Positions 12,349-22,097 of a stretch of DNA of 64,000 nucleotides are shown here, piece after piece. This stretch comes from Malacoraja senta (taxonomy: Eukaryota): positions 18,044,001 through 18,108,000 of the forward strand of contig CM075987.1 in assembly GCA_038087875.1 (NCBI GenBank), in the 5' to 3' direction. Position 1 is the stretch's first letter, and each line of letters begins with the position of its first letter. A program made the translations under genes and the position numbers. The notes beneath the pieces are model-generated. The model saw only the letters and a list, made by a program, of their open reading frames with translations. It did no database searches and was not told the origin of the DNA.

Positions 12349-13274
12349 GTCTCCCCAGTAGCCTTTGCAAATCGCCCCGCCAGGATATTGGTCCCCCTCG
12401 GGTTCAAGTGCAACCCGTCCTTTTTGTACAGGTCACTCCTTCCCCAAAAGAAATCCCAATGATCCAGAAATTTGAATCCCTGCCCGCTGCACCAGTTCCT
12501 CAGCCACGCATTTATCCTCCACCTCACTCCATTCCTACTCTCACCGTCACGTGGCACAGGTAGTAATCCTGAGATTGTTACCTTTGTAGACCTTCTCCTT
12601 AACTCTCCTCCCAACTCCCTAAATTCTCCTTTCAAGACCTCTTCTCTTTTTCTACCTATGTCATTGGTACCTATATGTACCACAACCTCAGGCTCCTCTC
12701 CCTCCGATTTCAGGATATCTTGGACGCGTTCAGACACATCCCTGACCCTGGCACCAGGGAGGCAAACTACCATCCAGGTCTCCTGACTGCGTCCACAGAA
12801 TCGCCTATCCGACCCCCTAACCATAGAGTCCCCTATTACTATTGCCCTCCTCTTCTTTTCTCTACCCTTCTGAGCAATAGGGCTGGTCTCTGTGCCGGAG
12901 GCCCGGCCGCTGTTGCTACCCGCAGGAAGGCTGTCCCCCTCAACAGTACTCAAACAGGAGTACTTATTTTCAAGGTGTACAGCCACCGGGGTACTAACTA
13001 GTCCCTGCCTCTGCCCCTTGCCCTTCCTAACCGTGACCCACTTGTCTGCCTCCCGTGGTCTTGGAGTGGCCACCTCCCTATAACTCTTTTCTATGACCTC
13101 CTCACTCTCCCTGATCAGACAGAGGTCATCGAGCTGCTGCTCCAGGTTCCTAACACGGTCCCTTAGGAACCCCATCTCTATGCACCTGACACAGATGTGA
13201 ACGTCTGGAGGGGTATCAGACTCCATGACCTCCCACATCTGACATCCAGAACAGTAAACTGCCCTGGCCCTCAT
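12339..13274 (-). CDS. CR1 ORF1 protein (N-terminal zinc finger, coiled coil, SGNH/GDSL esterase-like domain)
   Basis: 311-aa intact ORF with CSGC..HICVRC, LRDRVRNLEQQL, VIGDSMV, HIGTNDIG and DGLHLN. Confidence 0.92.
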   Translation of the reverse strand: MRARAVYCSGCQMWEVMESDTPPDVHICVRCIEMGFLRDRVRNLEQQLDDLCLIRESEEVIEKSYREVATPRPREADKWVTVRKGKGQRQGLVSTPVAVHLENKYSCLSTVEGDSLPAGSNSGRASGTETSPIAQKGREKKRRAIVIGDSMVRGSDRRFCGRSQETWMVVCLPGARVRDVSERVQDILKSEGEEPEVVVHIGTNDIGRKREEVLKGEFRELGGELRRRSTKVTISGLLPVPRDGESRNGVRWRINAWLRNWCSGQGFKFLDHWDFFWGRSDLYKKDGLHLNPRGTNILAGRFAKATGETLN

Positions 13275-13449
13275 TCTCCCCCCTTACCCTGGATACAATA
13301 CAAAACTGGTGGAGGAAATCAGCAGGGATCTGACTCCCAATCAGCTGCTTTCTCTTTGTCCTCTTCCACCAATCAGCTGCTTTCTCTTGGTCCTCTTCCA
13401 CCAATCAGCGGCTTCCTCACTTATAGGAAACTTGAATGGAACGTTGCAG

Positions 13450-14068
13450 TTTTGGTCCGCGCCGTTTATCTACTCCCTACCCGGACGCTGCTCCTCCTTC
13501 TGCAACGGTCCCTGGGCGTCTGGAAAGCAAAGCCCCGCGCTGTTTAACTACTCACCACCCGGACGCTGCTCCTCCTTCTGCAACGGTCCCTGGGCGTCTG
13601 GAAAGCAAAGCCCCGCGCTGTTTAACTACTCCCTACCCGGACGCTGCTCCTCCTTCTGCAACGGTCCCTGGGCGTCTGGAAAGCAAAGCCCCGCGCTGTT
13701 TAACTACTCACCACCCGGACGCTGCTCCTCCTTCTGCAACGGTCCCTGGGCGTCTGGAAAGCAAAGCCCCGCGCTGTTTAACTACTCACCACCCGGACGC
13801 TGCTCCTCCTTCTGCAACGGTCCCTGGGCGTCTGGAAAGCAAAGCCCCGCGCTGTTTAACTACTCCCTACCCGGACGCTGCTCCTCCTTCTGCAACGGTC
13901 CCTGGGCGTCTGGAAAGCAAAGCCCCGCGCCGTTTATCTACTCACCACCCGGACGCTGCTCCTCCTTCTGCAACGGTCCCTGGGCGTCTGGAAAGCAAAG
14001 CCCCGCGCCGTTTATCTACTCACCACCCGGACGCTGCTCCTCCTTCTGCAACGGTCCCTGGGCGTCTA
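13450..14068 (-). repeat. 78-bp tandem monomer array (~7.5-8 copies) forming the CR1-B 5' UTR
   Basis: Unit starting CCGGACGCTGCTCC recurs at 13481, 13559, 13637, 13715, 13793, 13871, 13949 and 14027. Confidence 0.92.
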
Positions 14069-14161
14069 ATGTAGATTGAAGTCACCCATTATAACTGTTT
14101 TGCCTTTGTTGCACGCATTTCTAATTTCCTGTTTGATGCCTTTCTTTAAGTTCAGAACCGA

Positions 14162-15760
14162 AGATGGACCTTCTTTAGTCTCCTCAGGAAGAAGAGACGC
14201 TGGTGAGCCTTCTTGACCAGTGTTGATGTATTGTGGGTCCAAGAGAGGTCATCGGAGATGTTGACCCCCAGGAACCTGAAGCTGGAAACGCGTTCCACCT
14301 CCGTCCCGTTAATGTGGATGGGGGTGTGCGTGCCGCCCCTACACTTCCTGAAGTCTACAATGAGCTCCTTGGTCTTCTTGGAGTTAAGGGCCAGGTTGTT
14401 GTCAGCGCACCATGCTGCTAGGAGCTGGACCTCCTCCCTATAGGCCGACTCATCGTTGTTGTTGATGAGGCCAATCACCGTTGTATCATCTGCATTCTTG
14501 ATGATGGTGTTAGTACCATGTACAGGTGTGCAGTCGTAGGTGAAGAGGGAGTAGAGGAGGGGGCTCAGCACACAGCCCTGTGGAACGCCGGTGTTCAGGG
14601 TGAGGGCTGAAGAGGTGTGCTTGTCTAACCGAACAGACTGGGGTCTGTTGGTTAGAAAGTCCAGTATCCAGTTGCAGAGGGAGGGGTCGATGCCCAGGTC
14701 ACCGAGTTTGGTGATCAGTTTAGAGGGTATGATGGTGTTGAATGCTGAGCTGTAATCGATGAACAGCATTCTTACGTAAGTGTCTCTGTTGTCGAGGTGG
14801 GAGAGGGCGGAGTGAAGTGCCGTTGTGATGGCATCCTCCGTACTCCTGTTCTTGCGGTAGGCAAACTGATAGGGGTCCAATGTGGGGGGTCGGCAGCCTT
14901 TGAGGTGTGCCAGGACCAGCCTCTCGAAGCACTTGGCGATGATGGGAGTAAGTGCAACTGGGCGGAAGTCGTTGAGGCTTGCCGCAGTGGAGTGGTTTGG
15001 CACCGGCACGATGGAGGTGGATTTAAGGCACGTGGGCACAACTGCTTGGGCAAGTGACAGGTTGAAGATGTCAGTCCAGACGTCTGTCAGCTGCGCAGCA
15101 CATGCCCTGAGGACGCGCCCGGGGATGCCGTCAGGGCCAGCAGCCTTACGTGCATTAGTCCTACTCAGTGCCACGTACACGTCGTAGGGGGTGAGTGTGA
15201 GGGGCTGGTGAGCGGCAGGGAGCACCGCCTTGATGGCCATCTCTAGATTGTCCCTATCGAAGCGGCCATAGAAGTAATTAAGCTCCTCAAGGAAGGAGGC
15301 GTTGCTGGATGTGGTGCTGGTGGGTCTAAAGTCCGTGATGGCCTGGATGCCTTGCCACATGCGTCGGGGGTCGGAGTTGTTATTGAAGTGCTCCTCAATC
15401 CTGAGCTTATGGCAGTGCTTGGCCTTCTTTCTGCCACTCTTCAGGTTAGCCCTGGATGAACTGTAGGCTCGGGCATCGCCTGACCTGAAAGCGGTGTCCC
15501 GTGCTTTCAGCAGTAGCCTGACCTCGCTGTTCATCCATGGCTTCTGATTCGGGAATATGGTCACCCGTTTGAGGGAGGTGACACTGTTGATGGCGGAGTT
15601 TATAAAGTCCAGAACAGAGGATGTATAGGAGTCAATGTCCGTGTGGGAGTCAAGGGTGGCCTGGGCTGCAAACGCCTTCCAGTCAGTGTTTCCAAAACAC
15701 TGCTGAAGTGTAGAGTCCGCCTCCTCTGACCAGACTTTAACTGTCCTCACAGTGGGTTTA
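14162..15760 (-). mobile_element. Rex1/Babar LINE, middle piece (RT)
   Basis: ORF 14152..15810 has [39 protein letters not shown] and HQRLFFLRRL. It joins in register to 3321 (..VHL|SPQ..) and 19181 (..IRRV|KPT..). Confidence 0.88.
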
Positions 15761-18700
15761 GCCACGCGACAGTGAGAGTAGGAATGGAGCGAGGTGGAGG
15801 ATAAATACATGGCTGAAGGACTGGTGCAGAAGGCAGGGATTCAAATTTCTGGATCATTGGGACCTCTTTTGTGGAAGGTTCGACCTGTACAAAAAGGATG
15901 GGTTGCACTTGAACCTGAGGGGGACCGATATCCTGGCGGGGAGATCTGCAAAGGCTACTGGGGAGACTTTAAACTAGAATGGTTGGGGGGAGGGACTCAA
16001 ATAGAGAATGCTATTAGACAGTGTGTGAGGCAGGAGGCAGAGAAGGAAAGCACTCAGACCCAACATGTAGGGGGGAAAGAAGAAAACAATAATAAACAGA
16101 GAATAAGAGGTGGTGGGGTTCTTAAATGGGTGAGCAGAGAAACAGAGGGGTGTAAAATGTGGGCGGAAGCAATAGGTAGCATGGTGAAAAGTAAAAGTGG
16201 CAGGCAGACAAATCCAGGGCAAAAATCAAAAAGAGCCACTTTTCAACATAATTGTATAAGGGGTAAGAGCGTTGCAAAAACAAGCCTGAAGGCTTTGTGT
16301 CTTAATGCAAGGAGCATTCGTAATAAGGTGGATGAGTTGAACGTGCAGATAGCAATTAATGATTATGATATAGTTGGGATCACGGAGACATGGCTCCAGG
16401 GTGACCAAGGCTGGGAGCTGAACATCCAGGGATATTCAATATTCAGGATAGAGAGAAAGGAAAAGGAGGTGGGGTAGCGTTGCTGGTTAGAGAGGAGATT
16501 AACGCAGTGGAAAGGAAGGACATTAGCTTGGAGGATGTGGAATCGGTATGGGTAGAGCTGCGAAACACTAAGAGGCAGAAAACGCTGGTGGGTGTTGTGT
16601 ACAGGCCACCTAGCAGTAGTAGTGAAGTTGGGGATGGCATCAAACAGGAAATTAGAAATGCGTGCAACAAAGGCAAAACAGTTATGATGGGTGACTTCAA
16701 TCTACATATAGATTGGGTGAATCAAATTGGCAGGGGTGCTGAGGAAGAGGATTTCTTGGAATGTATGAGGGATAGTTATCTAAACCAACATGTAGAGGAA
16801 CCAACGAGAGAGCAGGCTATTCTAGACTGGGTATTGAGTAATGAGGAAGGGTTAGTTAGCAGTCTTGTTGTGCGGGCCCCCTTGGGCAAGAGTGACCATA
16901 ATATGGTTGAGTTCTTCATTAGGATGGAGAGTGACATTGTTAATTCAGAAACAACGGTTCTGAACTTAAAGAAAGGTAACTTTGAGGGTATGAGACGTGA
17001 ATTGGCCAAGATTGACTGGCAATTAATTCTAAAAGGGTTGACGGTGGATATGCAATGGAAGGCATTTAAAGACTGCATGGATGAACTACAAAAATTGTTC
17101 ATCCCAGTTTGGCAAAAGAATAAATCAGGGAAGGTAGTGCATCCGTGGATAACAAGGGAAATCAGGGATAGTATCAAAGCAAAAGATGATGCGTACAAAT
17201 TAGCCAGAAAAAGCAGCATACCAGAGGACTGGGAGAAATTCAGAGACCAGCAGAGGAGGACAAAGGGCTTAATTAGGAAAGGGAAAATAGATTATGAAAG
17301 GAAACTGGCAGGGAACATAAAAACTGACTGCAAAAGTTTTTATAGATATGTGAAGAGAAAGAGATTAGTTAAAACAAATGTAGGTCCCTTGCAGTCAGAA
17401 ACAGGTGAATTGATCATGGGGAACAAGGATATGGCGGACCAATTGAATAACTACTTTGGTTCCGTCTTCACTAAGGAAGACATAAATAATTTGCCGGAAA
17501 TAGCAGGGGGCCGCGGGTCAAAGGAGATGGAGGAACTGAGTGAAATCCAGGTTAGTCGGGAAGTGGTGTTGGGTAAATTTAATGGATTAAAGGCCGATAA
17601 ATCACCAGGGCCAGATAGGCTGCATCCCAGAGTACTTAAGGAAGTAGCTCCAGAAATAGTGGATGCATTAGTGATAATTTTTCAAAACTCTTTAGATTCT
17701 GGAGTAGTTCCTGAGGATTGGAGGGTAGTAAACGTAACCCCACTTTTTAAGAAGGGAGGGAGAGAGAAAACGTGGAATTACAGACCAGTTAGTCTAACAT
17801 CGGTAGTGGGGAAACTGCTGGAGTCAGTTATTAAAGATGGGATAGCAGCACATTTGGAAAGTGGTGAAATCATTGGACAAAGTCAGCATGGATTTACGAA
17901 AGGTAAATCGTGTCTGACGAATCTTATAGAATTTTTCGAGGATGTAACTAGTAGAGTGGATAGGGGAGAACCAGTGGATGTGTTGTATCTGGACTTTCAG
18001 AAGGCTTTCGACAAGGTACCACATAAGAGATTAGGATACAAACTTAAATCACACGGTATTGGGGGTTCAGTATTGATGTGGATAGAGAACTGGCTGGCAA
18101 ACAGGAAGCAAAGGGTAGGAGTAAACGGGTCCTTTTCACAATGGCAGGCAGTGACTAGTGGGGTACCGCAAGGCTCAGTGCTGGGACCCCAGCTATTTAC
18201 AATTTATATTAATGATCTGGACGAGGGAATTGAAAGCAACATCTCCAAGTTTGCGGATGACACTAAGCTGGGGGGCAGTGTTAGCTGTGAGGAGGATGCT
18301 AGGAGACTGCAAGGTGACTTGGATAGGCTGGGTGAGTGGGCAAATGTTTGGCAGATGCAGTATAATGTGGATAAATGTGAGGTTATCCACTCTGGTGGCA
18401 AAAACGGGAAGGCAGACTATTATCTAAATGGTGGCCGATTAGGAAATGGGGAGATGCGGCGAGACCTGGGTGTCATGGTACACCAGTCATTGAAAGTAGG
18501 CATGCAGGTGCAGCAGGCAGTGAAGAAAGCGAATGGTATGTTGGCCTTCATAGCAAGAGGATTTGAGTATAGGAGCAGGGAGGTTCTACTGCAGTTGTAC
18601 AGGGTCTTGGTGAGACCACACCTGGAGTATTGTGTACAGTTTTGGTCTCCAAATCTGAGGAAGGACATTATAGCCATAGAGGGAGTGCAGAGAAGGTTCA

Positions 18701-19180
18701 CCAGACTGATTCCTGGGATGTCAGGACTTTCATATGAAGAAAGACTGGATAGACTTGGCTTATACTCGCTAGAACTTAGGAGATTGAGAGGGGATCTTAT
18801 AGAAACATACAACATTCTTATGGGGTTGGACAGGCTAGATGCAGGAAGATTGTTCCCGATGTTGGGGAAGTCCAGGACAAGGGGTCACAGCTTAAGGATA
18901 AGGGGGAAATGCTTTAAGACCGAGATGAGGAAAAACTTTTTCACACACAGAGTGGTGAATCTCTGGAACTCTCTGCCACAGAGGGTAGTTGAGGCCAGTT
19001 CATTGGCTATATTTAAGAGGGAGTTAGATGTGGCCCTTGTGGCTAAAGGGATCAGGGGGTATGGAGAGAAGGCAGGTAGGGGATACTGAGTTGGATGATC
19101 AGCCATGATCATATTGAATGACGGTGCAGGCTCGAAGGGCCGAATGGCCTACTCCTGCACCTATTTTCTATGTATCTATG
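15761..19180 (+). mobile_element. CR1 lineage A, 5'-truncated in ORF1, ORF2 nearly intact
   Basis: ORF1 ends ..ATGETLN* at 15977. ORF2 runs 15968..19089 with one 4-bp deletion near 16447 (869-aa ORF 16480..19089). Tail TTCTATGTATCTATG. Confidence 0.95.
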
Positions 19181-19415
19181 TAACCCGTCTGATGAGTGGG
19201 AAGTAGTTTGGGAGCAGGAACAATGAGAGGTGATCAGACTGTCCAAGGTGGGGGAGGGGGACGGCTTTGTAAGCTTCAGCCATGTTGGTGTAGACTTTGT
19301 CCAGTGTCTTGTCTTCTCCAGTGGCGAAGGAGACATGTTGGTGGAATTTGGGGAGTACAGTCTTCAGGTTGGAGTGATTGAAGTCACCCACAACAATGTT
19401 GAAGTCACCCACAAG
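19181..19415 (-). mobile_element. Rex1/Babar LINE, 5' piece (endonuclease C-terminus)
   Basis: [32 protein letters not shown]. Confidence 0.85.
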
Positions 19416-19825
19416 TCATATGACAGTCCCACCATCCCAGGGATCAATCTCGTGAACCTACGCTGCACTGCCTCAATTACAAGGATGTCCTTCCTCAAAT
19501 TAGGAGACCAAAAATGTACACAATACTCCAGATGTGGTCTTACCAAAGCCCTATACAACTGCAGAAGAACCTTTTACTGCTATCCAAATGCCCCATTATT
19601 ACCTCTTTAATAATTGACTCCAGCATCTTTCCCACCACCGAAGTCAGGCTAACTGGTCTGTAATTCCTCATTTTCTCTCTCGCTCCTTTCTTGAAAAGTG
19701 AGATAACATTACCTATCCTGAACTGATCCTGAATCTATTGAACATTGGAAAATGATCACCAATGTGTCCACTATTTCTAGAGCCACCTCCCTGAGGACCA
19801 TGGGATGCAGTCCATCAGGCCCAGA
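19416..19825 (-). mobile_element. CR1-C continuation, internally deleted
   Basis: [18 protein letters not shown], then fragments including GPDGLHPMVLREVA. Confidence 0.8.
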
Positions 19826-20389
19826 GGCAGAGATAGAGAGTGAGACAGAGAATGATACAGAGAGACAGACAGACAGAGAGAGTGAGACAGAGAGAAACAG
19901 ATAGAGACAGAGAGAGAGACAGGGAGAGAAAGAGAAAGAGAGAGAGAGACAGAGAGAGAGAGAGGCAGAGTGAGGGAACAGAGAGAGAGACGGAGAGAGA
20001 GAAAGAGATGGATAGAGAGTGATAGATAGAGAGAGAGAGAGAGTGAGAGACAGAGATAGATAGAGAAAGACAGAGAGACAGGGAGAGGGAGAGAGAAAGA
20101 CAGAAAGACAGACACAGAGGGAGAGAGAGAGAGAGAGAGAGACGGAGAGAGACAGACGGAGAGACAGAGACAAGAGAGGGAGAGAGATATAGAGAGAGAG
20201 GAGAGAGACAGAGACAGACAGTGAGACAGAGACAGAAAAAGAGATAGACATAGAGGCAGAGAGAGAGAGAGGGAGAGACAGAAAGACAAAGAGAGAGACA
20301 TAGAGAGAGAGAGACAGAGAGAGAGACAGAGGGAGACAGACAGAGAGAGAGGGGCAGATAGCGAGGGAGAGAGACACAGAGAGCAAGAG

Positions 20390-20434
<45 letters not shown>

Positions 20435-21083
20435 GAGAGAGAGAGACAGAAAGAGAGAGACAGAGTGAGATAGAGGGAGACAGAGAGAGAGACACACACA
20501 GACGCAGAGAGAGAGAGACACAGACAGAGAGAAAGAGACAGACAGACACAGAGGGAGAGAGAGACGGACAGAGAGACAAAGAGAGAGACCGAGAGAGAAA
20601 GATCAAGAGAGATAGACAGAGAGGGTGAGAGACATAGAGCGAGAGATACAGAGAGAAACAGCAGGATGGTGAGAGAGACAGAGCGAGAGACAGGGAGAGA
20701 GAGAGTGAGAGACAGACAGACAGAGAGAAACGGAGAGAGAGAGACAGTCAGACAGAGAGACAGACACAGACAGTGGGACAGAGAGAGAGAGTGAGACAGA
20801 GAAAGAGAGCGACAGAGCGAGATACACACAGAGAGAGAGAGAGACACAGAGAGAGCGAGGGACAGGGAGAGAAAGAGAGATACAGAGAGACAGACAGTGG
20901 GACAGAGAGTGAGACATAGAGAGAGCGATACAGAGAGAGAGAAAGAGAGTGAGAGACAGAGAGAGAGAGATAGAGTGACAGAGAGGGAGACAGAGAAGGG
21001 GAGGGACAGGCACAGAGGGAGAGAGACAGATAGACAGAGAGGTGGAGACAGAGTTACAGACAGACAGGCACAAAGTGAGAGGC

Positions 21084-21123
<40 letters not shown>

Positions 21124-21390
21124 ACAGACAGAGAGACAGAGTGAGATAGAGAGAGAGACAGAGAGACACAGTGAGAGAGCGAGAGGGAGACGGAGAGACA
21201 GAAAGAGAGAGGGAGTGAGAAACAGACAGAGACAGGTGAGTGGAGAGGGTGAGACAGAGGGAGGGAGAGGGAGATCGAGAGACGGGGAGCGACAGAGAGA
21301 GTAAGAGAAGGGGAGACAGAGAGAGAGAGTGAGAGACAGACAGTGAGAGAGACACACACACAGAGGGGGCGAGAGAGAGAGAGACAGAAA
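19826..21390. repeat. Degenerate (AG/AC) purine-rich simple-repeat array
   Basis: Visible; the long SL/ER-rich ORFs here are compositional artefacts. Confidence 0.95.
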
Positions 21391-22097
21391 TATAGAAACA
21401 TAGAAAATAGGTGCAGGAGGAGGGCATTCGGCCCTTCGAGCCAGCACCACCATTCATTGTGATCATGGCTGATTGTCCCCAATCAATAACCTGTGCCTGC
21501 CTTCTCCCCATATCCCTAGATTACATTAGCCCCTAGAGGTCTATATAGCTCTCCCTTAAATCCATCCAATGATTTGCCCTCCACTGCCCTCTGTGGCAGG
21601 GAATTCCACAAATTCACAACTCTCTGGGTGAAGAAGTGTTTTCTCACCTCAGTCTTAAATGGCCTCCCCTTTATTCTAAGACTGTGGCCCCTGGTTCTGG
21701 ACTCGCCCAACATTGGGAACATTTTTCCTGCATCTAGCTTGTCCAGTCCTTTTATAATTTTATGTTTCTATAAGAATCCCCCTCATCCTTCTAAACTCCA
21801 GTGAATACAAGCCTAGTCTTTTCAATCTGTCCTCATATGACACTCCCGCCATCCCAGGGATCAATCTCGTGAACCTACGCTGCACTGCCTCAATCACATG
21901 GATGTCCTTCCTCAAATTGGGAGACCAAAACTGTACACAATATTCCAGATGTGGTTTCACCAGAGCTCTATATAACTGCAGAAGAACCTCTTTACTCCTA
22001 TACTGAAATCCTCTTGTTATGAAGGCCAACATTCCATGAGTTTTCTTCACTGCCTGCTGTATCTGCATGCCAACTTTCGGTTACCGGTGTACAAAGA
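21391..22097 (-). mobile_element. CR1-C 3' fragment
   Basis: Tail ATAGAAAC repeats on +; ORFs 21516..21722 and 21760..22068. Confidence 0.88.

Larger units (their letters stand above)
9265..14068 (-). mobile_element. Near full-length CR1 LINE, lineage B (repeated 5' UTR, ORF1, ORF2, ATATGGTT tail)
   Basis: TSD ATGTA at 9260-9264 and 14069-14073; tail (AACCATAT)n on + at 9264-9285; both ORFs present. Confidence 0.93.

Noticed and set aside
13309..14079. Repetitive 256-aa and 212-aa ORFs, and a CRISPR-like look
   Set aside because: A 78-bp head-to-tail repeat with no unique spacers; the unit length is divisible by 3, so frames stay open.
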